Counted from the first letter of the stretch, positions 27,460 to 37,000 are shown. The stretch: 37,726 nt of DNA from Spirochaetota bacterium (GCA_050298055.1 JBNKTL010000050.1:1-37726); one strand, 5' to 3'. The notes: generated by a model from the sequence alone, not told the origin. A program made the numbers and translations.

Positions 27460-28865
27460 ACAGACGGGAATTTTTAAAAAAACTGGGGATTTTCGGCGCC
27501 GCGGCAACCGTTCCGCAGATGTTCTGGCCCCGTATCTCAAAGGCGGCGCTCCCCGAAGGCTTGATCTGGGCAGAGCCTGCAGTCAAACCGCAGATCATCA
27601 ATATATTCCTCTATGGAGGGCCCTCGGAGCTCGCGGGAAACCTTACCAATATAGCGGAAATAAACACCTATTCACAGAACTCATATTCCGGCTATCTCCT
27701 GAATGAACATGTTGATGGGGTGCCCTCAAGCGGTGTTATAACACCTAACGGATTCTGGGGGCCTGACGGGAATGGTAATAATTCCGCAGGGGGGAACATT
27801 ATGGAGGACCTTATTACAGGCGGTAATATGTCCATCTACCGTACGGTGAACAGGGTCCTTGATGATCACCGGGGCCACGGTCTCAGTGTGACCCAGAACC
27901 TCCTGGGGCACCTGGACCCCACGATGCCCGGGATAGCCACAAACCTGGCCGCCATAGTGTATGATCACATGAATTACTTTTTTGATAATAGATCTCTGGA
28001 TGATGTCAATCTTCCGGTTGTCACTTTTGAGGGGGAGTCCCCCATATTCAACCTTGGGGACATGGATATCGATCTTTTGCTCCGGCCGGTTGCTCTCAAC
28101 GCGAGCCTTGATACGCCTTATGGCAGGAGTGATAATCCTTATCTGAATCTATCTGGAGCGGACAACAAAATTGAAAACCTTGCCCGGCAGGTATCTGCGT
28201 CCCGGGGAGCCGGTCAGAAGAAAGTCAATGATGCATTTATTAAAAGAATCGATTTGGCTGATTATATGGCAACAACTTTCCCCGATGGTGTTGATGGCTA
28301 TACACTGCCTGGTACTGTAACATATGATGGAACAACATTCGGCAACATGCTGAAAGCAGCAATGATTCTGGCTATTGAGAATACCGATACCTTCTTTATT
28401 AATCTGGGAAGCCCCGGTCTGGGCGGCTGGGATGACCACTCCAATGCCCTTGATAATTACCCTGATCGGATAAGCGAACTGATGAGTGCCTTACAGTCGG
28501 CTGTAGATCACATGAGAGAAGTAGATAGAGGAAATATTGTGATCAATGTCTTCGGTGATTTCGGCAGAAATGTGAACCTGAACGATGCCCAGGGCTGGGA
28601 CCATGGAAACAACCAGAATTTTTATACCGTGGGGGGGTGGGACATCCCGGGACGTGTTCTGGGAAAACTTGTGGGAAAAACTGAGCGTACCGGTACGCCC
28701 TTCGCGAACAGGCAGTTTACAACCCCAACAGGTGACAGCTACCAGTGTGAACCAATGGCCATTGCCGCGACAATCTATAAGTATTTTGGGATTCAGAATC
28801 CTCAACTTCTTACCGGTGATATTTCACCAATAGATGAAATAAATCCGCCAAATGAATTTGTTTAG
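27456..28865 (+). CDS. Tat-exported DUF1501-family protein
   Basis: MNRREFLKK Tat signal; IFLYGG, GGWDDH, DFGRNV, GWDHG motifs. Confidence 0.82.
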   Translation: MNRREFLKKLGIFGAAATVPQMFWPRISKAALPEGLIWAEPAVKPQIINIFLYGGPSELAGNLTNIAEINTYSQNSYSGYLLNEHVDGVPSSGVITPNGFWGPDGNGNNSAGGNIMEDLITGGNMSIYRTVNRVLDDHRGHGLSVTQNLLGHLDPTMPGIATNLAAIVYDHMNYFFDNRSLDDVNLPVVTFEGESPIFNLGDMDIDLLLRPVALNASLDTPYGRSDNPYLNLSGADNKIENLARQVSASRGAGQKKVNDAFIKRIDLADYMATTFPDGVDGYTLPGTVTYDGTTFGNMLKAAMILAIENTDTFFINLGSPGLGGWDDHSNALDNYPDRISELMSALQSAVDHMREVDRGNIVINVFGDFGRNVNLNDAQGWDHGNNQNFYTVGGWDIPGRVLGKLVGKTERTGTPFANRQFTTPTGDSYQCEPMAIAATIYKYFGIQNPQLLTGDISPIDEINPPNEFV

Positions 28866-29055
28866 GAAAACTGGCTGGCCTTTTTATTCATTTTAACAAC
28901 CTCAAGAACTCTTTGAAGTCCAGCAGCTAAAAGAAAGATAATGAGTAAAGTAATATTTATTGACACTGATCCCCATATCCCCCTTTTTACACATCTTTCT
29001 ACGGTGCTTTTTATAGATAATAAAGCTTTATTTTTGAATGTTTATTGAAAAAACA

Positions 29056-29904
29056 ATGAAAAGTGATCCAGTAACAAAACAGGAACACCGCCTCATAAAC
29101 AACTATGCCGCCCGGGGACTGATACCCGATGTGGTACGCGGTTTCCGGAACATCATCCGCCGGTATTACCGGGACTTCGGGCGCCGGCAGCCCTGGAGGG
29201 AGACCCGGGACCCTTACGCGATCCTGGTGTCGGAACTCATGCTCCAGCAGACAACCGTTGAGAGGGTAATGGAGAAGTATCCTTCATTTATCGCCCGTTT
29301 CCCCGATTTTTCCGTTCTTGCCGGAGTTGACGCCCCTGAAGTTCTCAAAGAGTGGCAGGGACTGGGCTACAACCGCCGCGCCCTGAACCTTCACAAGCTT
29401 GCCCGGCAGGTTGTCAGTGAACACAAAGGAGTTCTTCCCTCTGAAGAAGAGGAACTCATTGCTCTTCCCGGCATCGGCCCCTACACGGCAGGCGCCGTCC
29501 GGGCATTCGCCTTTAACCTTCCTTCGGTAATCATTGAAACGAATATCAGGCGGGTCTTCCTTCACTTCTTTTTTCCCGGGACCTCGGATGTCCATGACAG
29601 GGAACTTTTTCCTCTCATCCAAAGGACCCTGGACAAAAAGGACCCCCGGTCATGGTATTACGGGCTCATGGATTACGGGACAGACTTGAAAAAGAGAGTT
29701 CCCAATCCCAATAAAAGAAGCCGTCATTACTCCATCCAGTCCCCCTTCGAAGGCTCCCACAGGCAGAAACGGAGCCGCATCCTTCGCGCGGTCCTGGATT
29801 CTCCGGGAATGACAGCATCACAGCTGGCAAAAAAATGCGGCATGGAAACAGGTACTGTCCGGGAGGTCCTCCGTGAACTGGAAGGGGAGGGGTTTCCGGT
29901 TTAA
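29056..29904 (+). CDS. mutY: MutY-like HhH-GPD adenine glycosylase, short Fe-S-less form
   Basis: PWRETRDPYAILVSELMLQQT, WQGLGYNRRA, LPGIGPYTAGA; no Cys cluster motif; C-terminal HTH-like segment. Confidence 0.85.
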   Translation: MKSDPVTKQEHRLINNYAARGLIPDVVRGFRNIIRRYYRDFGRRQPWRETRDPYAILVSELMLQQTTVERVMEKYPSFIARFPDFSVLAGVDAPEVLKEWQGLGYNRRALNLHKLARQVVSEHKGVLPSEEEELIALPGIGPYTAGAVRAFAFNLPSVIIETNIRRVFLHFFFPGTSDVHDRELFPLIQRTLDKKDPRSWYYGLMDYGTDLKKRVPNPNKRSRHYSIQSPFEGSHRQKRSRILRAVLDSPGMTASQLAKKCGMETGTVREVLRELEGEGFPV

Positions 29905-29909
29905 AAGAG

Positions 29910-30238
29910 AGTTCCGGGTTTCGAGTTCCGAGTTTTTATACTCTGTCATCATAATGAGCACAGCGACGTAATGATCTGATTCCCTTAATCATAACATTCT
30001 TATTAATAAATAACCGGTATAAACCAGAACCTAAAAGGCTTTTGACAGGGTAACAGGATTACAGAGATAATATTTTAATTTGCAAATTTTTCAAACATAT
30101 TATCAATTTTCAGTGAAGATTAGTAAAACTTGAGGTAACATTTTGTGACCTCAAGTTTTATCACTTATTGAATAATCTATGTCAACCCTGGGAGAGAGTG
30201 CCGGGGGGAGGGCAACTCGTAACACGGAACCCGGAACT
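29910..30238. repeat. Element bounded by inverted 7-mer arms filling the mutY/mutS gap
   Basis: AGTTCCGGGTTTCGAGTTCCGAGTT (29910-29934) vs AACTCGTAACACGGAACCCGGAACT (30214-30238), 22/25 complementary. Confidence 0.8.
30124..30160. repeat. 37-bp palindrome
   Basis: TAAAACTTGAGGT-A-ACA-TTT-TGT-G-ACCTCAAGTTTTA. Confidence 0.85.
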
Positions 30239-32813
30239 ACTTAATCAGCTCCTTCAATCTATTCAACTCATTCAACGCGTCAACGGGTTTTATGTTGTCA
30301 ATGTCAATATTCCGGATGGCCTGTATCACAAGGTGGTTTGAGGCGTTGAATATCTCAAGCTGTTCCGTGTTGTCATCCTCTTCCACGGCCCTCTCCTTTT
30401 TCAGGTTGGATCTCTTCTCAAGCCTCTCCAGTATCTTCTCCGCCCGTCCCACGATCTGTTTGGGGATGCCCGCCAGCTTTGCCACGTGGATACCGTAGGA
30501 CTTGTCCGCGGCCCCGGGGGCGACCTTATGCATGAAGTCAATGCCATTCAGGTGTTCCTTGACCAGGACATTGTAGTTTATGACACCCCGTTTGCCCCCA
30601 ATCTGCGTGAGTTCATGGTAGTGTGTGGCAAAGAGGGTCTTGGCCTTAACATAGCGGGAAATATACTCAACAACGGCCCATGCGATAGAGAGCCCGTCAT
30701 AGGTGCTGGTCCCGCGCCCCACCTCGTCCATGATGATGAGGCTCCTGTCCGTGGCATTGTTGAGGATATTCGCCGTCTCGTTCATCTCAACCAGGAATGT
30801 GGACTCACCCCGGGAGATATTGTCCGAGGCGCCTATCCGCGTGAATATACGGTCCACGATGGAGAGTTCTCCCCCGGCTGCGGGGATGAAGGAACCGGTC
30901 TGTGCCATAAGCTGTATCACCGCGGCCATCCTTATATAGGTGGATTTTCCCGACATGTTGGGCCCGGTTATGAGCTTGATGATATTCTCCCTGTTGTCCA
31001 GGACGATATCGTTGGGGATGAAGACCTCCTTTGTGAAATACTTCTCCACAACCGGGTGCCTCCCGTCCTTTATTGATGTGGTGTTACTGTTATTCAGTGA
31101 GGGCCTCACAAACCTGTTTTCAATGGCAGCTGTGGAGAGGGAGATTGAGAAGTCAAGCTCGCCCACTACCTGTGAAAGATTCTGCAGTTCATTTTTCCGG
31201 AGGAGTATATCGTGTCTCAGCTTCTCAATCTCCTCTTTCTCAATTTCCAGAATCCTCTCGCTGGATGAGAGAATATCCGACTCGAACTTCTGGAGCTTTT
31301 CCGTGGTAAACCTCTCGGATCCCACGAGGGTCTGTTTCCTGTTGTAATCGACGGGAACATTCTCCGCCTGGTTCTTGCTTATCTCTATATAGTAGCCCAG
31401 GATCTTGTTATACTTGATTTTCAGGGTGTTTATGCCCAGGCGCTTCTTCTCCTCCTCCTGGTAGTCCAGGATCCAGGTCTTGGCGTCGGTCTTTATTGTA
31501 TAGAGCCTGTCCAGTTCATGGTTGAAGCCTTTCCTTATTACGCGGCCCTGTTCCGGTGTATGGGCGGGTTCGTCCTCAACGGCGGAACCTATCCTCTCCA
31601 TGAGGCTTTTCATGTCCGGGATCCTGCCGGCCAGTTCCTTTACCGACTCATGGGGCTGGCTGCCCAGGAGTTTCCTGATCTCCCGTGAGGCACCCAGGGA
31701 AGTGCGCACCGCAACAAAGTTCCTGGGCAGTGTCTTTCCCAGGGTAAACCGGGTAATGATCCTTTCCAGGTCAGATATTTTTTTCAGCTGTTCTGATATG
31801 TCCCGGGCAAGCTTCTGGTACTCGTGAAAGTACTGGACGGTGTCAAGCCTCTTCTCAATTTCATGGATATTCAGAAGGGGCTGAAGGAGGTTCTTTTCAA
31901 GGGTCCTTCGTCCCATGGCGGTCTTCGTGTGGTTGAGGACCGAGAAGAGGGTCCTGCTCCTGCTCCTGTCGTTGAAATTGTTTATGAGCTCAAGGTTTAT
32001 GATGGTGGAATCATCAAGGACCATCCTGTTGGATGAGACGATCTTCTCCGGGTATTTCAGGTGGTCAAAGCTCTTCCTGTGGGTCTCCTTCAGATACTGG
32101 AGGATGGCTCCCGCGGTCCGTATCTCCATATCCGACTCAAGCCCCAGACCCTTGGTGTTTACAATATCATAAACATGGCATATGAGGTCCTTCATGAAGT
32201 CAATATCGTAAAGCCATTCGTTAATTCTGTATATGGGGATGTCCCTGCTTTTTATGTGTTCCACAAAGACCTCGTCTTCAGGTTCGTTCCCCTCCCTGAG
32301 GACAATTTCACTGGGATTAAACCGTGCAAGCTCACCCCGGAAGAGCTCTATGGATTTTTTAATTGAGGAGAGATAAAAGTCCCCCGTGGAAATGTCCACA
32401 AAGGCCATCCCGATATCCGACTCTCCCACCATGACGGATCCGAGATAATTATTGTAATCATCCGGGAGGAGGTTGGTCTCAATGACCGTTCCCGGGGTCA
32501 CGATGCGGACTACCTCACGCCTGACAATGGGACCGGAGCTGGGGACTGTCTCAAGCTGTTCGCAGATGGCCACCCGTTTTCCCGCCTTGATGAGCCGGGC
32601 AATGTAGCTGTCGGCGGCGTGGTAGGGGAGGCCGCACATGGGGATATCGTTCTGCCGGGAGGTGAGGGCGATATCCAGGATCTTCGACGCGGTATGGGCG
32701 TCCTCAAGGAACATCTCGTAAAAGTCACCCATCCGGAAGAAGAGAATTTCATCCTGGTGCTTTTTCTTGATCTCCATGTACTGTTTCATCATGGGAGTGA
32801 GTTTAGGATCCAC
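30237..32813 (-). CDS. mutS: DNA mismatch repair protein MutS
   Basis: TPMMKQY, FFRMGDFYEMF, GPNMSGKST, GESTFLVEM, DEVGRGTST; start set to GTG 32813 after GAGGA. Confidence 0.97.
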   Translation of the reverse strand: MDPKLTPMMKQYMEIKKKHQDEILFFRMGDFYEMFLEDAHTASKILDIALTSRQNDIPMCGLPYHAADSYIARLIKAGKRVAICEQLETVPSSGPIVRREVVRIVTPGTVIETNLLPDDYNNYLGSVMVGESDIGMAFVDISTGDFYLSSIKKSIELFRGELARFNPSEIVLREGNEPEDEVFVEHIKSRDIPIYRINEWLYDIDFMKDLICHVYDIVNTKGLGLESDMEIRTAGAILQYLKETHRKSFDHLKYPEKIVSSNRMVLDDSTIINLELINNFNDRSRSRTLFSVLNHTKTAMGRRTLEKNLLQPLLNIHEIEKRLDTVQYFHEYQKLARDISEQLKKISDLERIITRFTLGKTLPRNFVAVRTSLGASREIRKLLGSQPHESVKELAGRIPDMKSLMERIGSAVEDEPAHTPEQGRVIRKGFNHELDRLYTIKTDAKTWILDYQEEEKKRLGINTLKIKYNKILGYYIEISKNQAENVPVDYNRKQTLVGSERFTTEKLQKFESDILSSSERILEIEKEEIEKLRHDILLRKNELQNLSQVVGELDFSISLSTAAIENRFVRPSLNNSNTTSIKDGRHPVVEKYFTKEVFIPNDIVLDNRENIIKLITGPNMSGKSTYIRMAAVIQLMAQTGSFIPAAGGELSIVDRIFTRIGASDNISRGESTFLVEMNETANILNNATDRSLIIMDEVGRGTSTYDGLSIAWAVVEYISRYVKAKTLFATHYHELTQIGGKRGVINYNVLVKEHLNGIDFMHKVAPGAADKSYGIHVAKLAGIPKQIVGRAEKILERLEKRSNLKKERAVEEDDNTEQLEIFNASNHLVIQAIRNIDIDNIKPVDALNELNRLKELIK

Positions 32814-32815
32814 AT

Positions 32816-33964
32816 CTAGTCCTCGTAGAGATATTTTCTGCTGCCTGAACCGGAGATCTGCATGATCCTGCCGTTTATTCCATACTCTTCCGCGAGCCTG
32901 GTCCGGGTCCGCCATGCGCCCTCCGGGCTTTGATAGTTCCCGATAAAGAGGGTATACCCGTTTCTCATCCTCACGGATTTAGGTCTCCCGAAGCCTTTCA
33001 GTTCTCTTTTCAGCTGCTTCATGACTTTCAGGGAGCTGAGAGGTCCCACCGCCACGGTGTAGTACGCCCTTCCCGGGATACCGCTCTTTTCCCTGTCATT
33101 TATATCAATCTCGGGGCTGATGTCAACATCTTCAGTCTTCTCAATGAGCCTGTTCCCCGGTATATAGTTTACACGTACCGGTTTGTACTTTTTGAGATTT
33201 TCTCTCCTGCTTCCCGCGTAGAGGCTCTCCATTGACCGGGGGAACTTTTCCGCCAGGTCCCTGTACGCAGACCAGGCCCTGTTCCAGTCTCCCTTTTTTT
33301 CATAGAACCTTCCCATCAGGTATATGGCGGTGGGATAGGATGTTGAGTCCCGGTAGCCGATGAGGACCTCTCTCAGGTTGTAGATATATGACCGGGAAAG
33401 GCCGTTCATTTTCCTGTTTATGAAGGAATAGAGTATAAGGGTCCTTGAGAGGGTGGAGTACCTGTTGCTCTCCTTCATAATCTTGAGAGAGAAATCCCTT
33501 GCCTTTTCCAGGCTGCCGGTATTTACAAGGGAGATGAGATAAAATATCCTGAACTCGTCAAGATAGCGTCCCCTGCTGAATTTTCGCATGCCTTCAAGAG
33601 AAGCTCTCCCGAGGCCGCTCCACTCCGACCGGAGTGAGAGTATTTCGCAGATTCGAAAAAGTGCAAGGTCCCTCCTGCCGTAATACCTGTATTTGTCAAT
33701 AACCACACGGTACAGGGAGAGAGACTTCTTCCCGTCATCTTCGTTTTCTGCCAGAATGAGGCGGACATCGGGGACATGGCTGTTCAGCGGGTACTTTTTT
33801 AAGAAACTGTATGCAAGCTTCTCTGTCTCTGTCCGGTTTCCCCGCTGCATGCTGCTGACTACCGCGTGGTACATCTTTTCGCCCCGTTCGCCGGCAGCGG
33901 CATGGGCGTCATTCAGTGTCAGGAGAAGAAGTATAATGGCCGGTAGTTTAGGCAATTCTTTCAC
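32816..33964 (-). CDS. Exported TPR-repeat protein with C-terminal SPOR-like domain
   Basis: Signal peptide; FLKKYP and LAEKFPRS TPR-type motifs; YYTVAVG...LFIGNYQSPEGA. Confidence 0.65.
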   Translation of the reverse strand: MKELPKLPAIILLLLTLNDAHAAAGERGEKMYHAVVSSMQRGNRTETEKLAYSFLKKYPLNSHVPDVRLILAENEDDGKKSLSLYRVVIDKYRYYGRRDLALFRICEILSLRSEWSGLGRASLEGMRKFSRGRYLDEFRIFYLISLVNTGSLEKARDFSLKIMKESNRYSTLSRTLILYSFINRKMNGLSRSYIYNLREVLIGYRDSTSYPTAIYLMGRFYEKKGDWNRAWSAYRDLAEKFPRSMESLYAGSRRENLKKYKPVRVNYIPGNRLIEKTEDVDISPEIDINDREKSGIPGRAYYTVAVGPLSSLKVMKQLKRELKGFGRPKSVRMRNGYTLFIGNYQSPEGAWRTRTRLAEEYGINGRIMQISGSGSRKYLYED

Positions 33965-35273
33965 CCTGGAGTGTGGCCCCCCTGACGCCTTTTACCTGTA
34001 TCTCGAAGGACTTCCCGATATCCGCCGCCGAACCGGGAAGCACTGCCGGGTGATTGAGGAAGGTCTTGCCCATGACCTCGTTATGGGATTTCCTGCTTAT
34101 CTTCTCAACGATTATCCTTTCCCGGGAATCGATGCGCTCTTCAAGTTTTTTTCTGGATATCTCCCTTTGAAGAGCGATGAGCATGTTAAGCCGTTCCAGC
34201 TTTGCTTCCTTTGTGAGCGCCTCTTTTTCACTGAAGGCAGGGGTCCCCTCCCTGGGGGAATAGGCATACATGAAGGCGTCATCAAATTTTATCAGTTCAA
34301 CATGTTTCAGTGTTTCATGATAGTCTTCGTCTGTTTCACCGGGATATCCCACAATGAGGTCCGTAGTGAGTGCGTATTCGTCCAGTTCCTCTCCGATCAT
34401 CTCCACAAGCCCCATGTAGTGGTTCATGTTATACTTTCTGTTCATAAGGGTAAGTACCCTGTCCGAACCGCTCTGAAGGGGGAGGTGAATTGACCGTGAG
34501 ATCACCGGGTTATCCCTGATCACTTTGACGATGTCTCTTTGGAAGTCTCTGGGGTGTGATGTGAGAAAGTTCACTCTCTCCAACCCTTTAAAGGATGCCG
34601 CCTTTTCTAAAAGTTTATAGAAGGGAATGTCCCCGGTATCGGTACCGTACTGGTTGACATTCTGCCCCAGGAGGCTGATCTCCCGTATCCCCTCACCGGT
34701 AAGTCTCTCTACATGACGGATAATTTCGGAGGAGTCGAAAGAAATAAGGGGCCCTCTCACGAAGGGAACGATACAGTAAGAGCAGAAGTTTTCGCAGCCG
34801 TGGGTGATAGTTATCCACCTGTGCCAGGACCTCTCCTCGGATATACCGGGATGCGTTACCGATATCCGCTCCGTAAAATTTTCCGGGTCCTGGGAGATGA
34901 AGGTATTCATCTTCCTGTCAGAGAGAAACTCCTTTATCACGGTTCCGATTTTCGGGGACTGGTAGGGGCCCACAACAAGGTCTGCGGAATAGTTATCAAT
35001 GAGCTCTTTTCCCACTCTCTGCGCCATGCATCCCGCTACAACGATGATCCCCTCATGCTCCCGGACGGTTTTTTTACATGAATTTATCCTGGCCAGGACC
35101 CTCTCTTCCGCATGCTGTCTCACGGAACAGGTGTTGTAGACCAGGATGTCAGCTGATTCAGGATTTTCCGCGAGAGTAAATCCCTCGTCAATAAACGATT
35201 CGGCCATAATATCCGAATCGCCCTTGTTCATCTGGCACCCGAATGTTTCGATGTAAAAGGTTTCGGCTTTCAA
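33948..35273 (-). CDS. miaB: tRNA methylthiotransferase MiaB
   Basis: IETFGCQMN, NTCSVR, GCMAQ, CENFCSYC radical-SAM motif, LGQNVN, TSHP, TRAM domain. Confidence 0.96.
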   Translation of the reverse strand: MKAETFYIETFGCQMNKGDSDIMAESFIDEGFTLAENPESADILVYNTCSVRQHAEERVLARINSCKKTVREHEGIIVVAGCMAQRVGKELIDNYSADLVVGPYQSPKIGTVIKEFLSDRKMNTFISQDPENFTERISVTHPGISEERSWHRWITITHGCENFCSYCIVPFVRGPLISFDSSEIIRHVERLTGEGIREISLLGQNVNQYGTDTGDIPFYKLLEKAASFKGLERVNFLTSHPRDFQRDIVKVIRDNPVISRSIHLPLQSGSDRVLTLMNRKYNMNHYMGLVEMIGEELDEYALTTDLIVGYPGETDEDYHETLKHVELIKFDDAFMYAYSPREGTPAFSEKEALTKEAKLERLNMLIALQREISRKKLEERIDSRERIIVEKISRKSHNEVMGKTFLNHPAVLPGSAADIGKSFEIQVKGVRGATLQGERIA

Positions 35274-35276
35274 TTT

Positions 35277-36572
35277 CTATTCGAGATCAAGTTTTTTATA
35301 GATATGTCCGATATTCTTCAGATATCTCTCAAGGCTGAATATCTCGTCCATCTCCAGTTTCGAGATTTTTCCCGATACCTCGATGTTTTCCTCTGAGAGT
35401 TCTCTGAGGGTCCCCTCCCTGTTCCAGACCCGCATTGCCATCTCCTGGACAAGCGCGTAGGCGTCTTCCCGGGTGAGCCTTTTCTCAACCAGTTTGAGAA
35501 GGAGAGACTGGGAGTAGAAGAGGCCCCCTGTTCTCTCGATATTCTCCGCCATGTTTTCCGGGTAGACAACCAGGTTTTTCAGGATAAATACCATCCTGTG
35601 AAGAAGATAGTCCAGGGCAATAGTGGAATCGGGGAATATGACCCTTTCCGCAGATGAGTGGGAGATGTCCCTTTCGTGCCAGAGGGTCACATTATCCATT
35701 GCAACATTGAGGTTTGACTTTATGACCCGGGAGAGACCGCTTATCCTTTCGTTAAGTATGGGGTTCCGTTTATGGGGCATGGCGGATGAACCTTTCTGTC
35801 CCTTCTGAAATGGCTCTTCTACTTCCCGGACCTCAGTCCTCTGGAGGTGTCTGAACTCCGTGGCGAGCTTGTCAAGTGACGCGGCGGTTATGGCCGCACT
35901 GCTCATGAACTCGGCGTGACGGTCTCTCTGGATGACCTGTGTGGATATGGGGTCCGGTTTCAGTCCCAGTTTTGAACAGACATCCTCTTCAATATCCGGC
36001 GAGATATTGCTGAAGGTCCCCACTGCACCGGAGAGTTTCCCGAATGAGACGGCCTCAATGCCTTTTACAAGCCTTTCCCTGTTTCTCCTGAACTCCTCGT
36101 AATAGAGCGCCATCTTTACGCCAAAGGTTGTGGGCTCAGCATGAACGCCGTGGGACCTCCCCATGCAGGGGACATCCCTGTACTTAAGTGCCAGTTCACG
36201 GAGGGCGTCAATGACTTCATCGACCCCCTGAAGGAGTATTTCTCCCGATTGTTTCAGCTGTATGGAGAGGGCAGTGTCACCTATATCGCTTGACGTAAGG
36301 CCGTAATGGATATACCTGCTGGATTCCCCCACCTTTTCTGATACGGCAGTGAGAAAAGCGATCACATCGTGATGGACCTGGTTCTCAATCTCCAGTATCC
36401 TCTTCAGGTCAAAACCGGCCTTCTCCTTTATGGTCTTCAGGTCATCTTCCGGGATTATTCCCCGCTCCGCGTATGCCTCACAGACTGCAATCTCAATATC
36501 AAGCCATATCCTGAACTTGTTTTCAAGGTCCCATATGGATGAAATTTCTTTTCGTGAATAACGTTCTATCAT
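35277..36572 (-). CDS. purB: Adenylosuccinate lyase
   Basis: MIERYS, HDVIAF, HYGLTSSD, GRSHGVHAEPT, GSSAMPHKRNP; start ATG 36572 after GGAG. Confidence 0.97.
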   Translation of the reverse strand: MIERYSRKEISSIWDLENKFRIWLDIEIAVCEAYAERGIIPEDDLKTIKEKAGFDLKRILEIENQVHHDVIAFLTAVSEKVGESSRYIHYGLTSSDIGDTALSIQLKQSGEILLQGVDEVIDALRELALKYRDVPCMGRSHGVHAEPTTFGVKMALYYEEFRRNRERLVKGIEAVSFGKLSGAVGTFSNISPDIEEDVCSKLGLKPDPISTQVIQRDRHAEFMSSAAITAASLDKLATEFRHLQRTEVREVEEPFQKGQKGSSAMPHKRNPILNERISGLSRVIKSNLNVAMDNVTLWHERDISHSSAERVIFPDSTIALDYLLHRMVFILKNLVVYPENMAENIERTGGLFYSQSLLLKLVEKRLTREDAYALVQEMAMRVWNREGTLRELSEENIEVSGKISKLEMDEIFSLERYLKNIGHIYKKLDLE

Positions 36573-36604
36573 ACCGGCTCCATTATTTATTATAATTATT
36601 AATC

Positions 36605-36817
36605 TGCCACAGAGGCACAGAGACACAGAGGGTGATGAGTGTTTTTTTACTTTCTTTTTGCATACATGCGTTTTATTAATCCAAAACTTTATTAAATATA
36701 AAATAATTCAGTCAGAGTAGAGGATAGTGTTTTATCTCTATGCCTTTATTTGGATACATCTCTCTTAACCCTCACTCCTTCTTCTCTGTGTCTCTGTGTC
36801 TCTGTGTCTCTGTGGCA
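36605..36817. repeat. Element bounded by inverted 8-mer (CACAGAGR) arms upstream of purB
   Basis: TGC-CACAGAGG-CACAGAGA-CACAGAGG ... (CTCTGTGT)x3-CTCTGTGGCA. Confidence 0.88.
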
Positions 36818-37000
36818 AATCTTTGATTTTTATATGAGAATTATGTTATGGATTTATCACGGAACTTTTTTTATTGAATTTCACAATGATACTTGACAGA
36901 GAGAGTATTGCTCGTCTCCTTTAATGAACATAAACAGATTTTGTCAATAAACATCAATAAAAAAATTGCATAACCGGGGAAAAACCGGTTAAAAAGAGTT

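Noticed and set aside
32814..32915. N-terminal extension of MutS in the ORF track
   Set aside because: Overlaps the upstream SPOR gene; GTG 32813 has an RBS and matches the usual MutS start
33693..34493. 266-aa plus-strand ORF and other long antisense ORFs (e.g. 10355-10930, 19938-20561, 24904-25443, 30486-31076, 36871-37422)
   Set aside because: Shadows of well-supported genes on the opposite strand, with no recognisable motifs
36573..36626. MSLCLCG extension of PurB
   Set aside because: Translation of the CACAGAG repeat arm; the conserved start is MIERY
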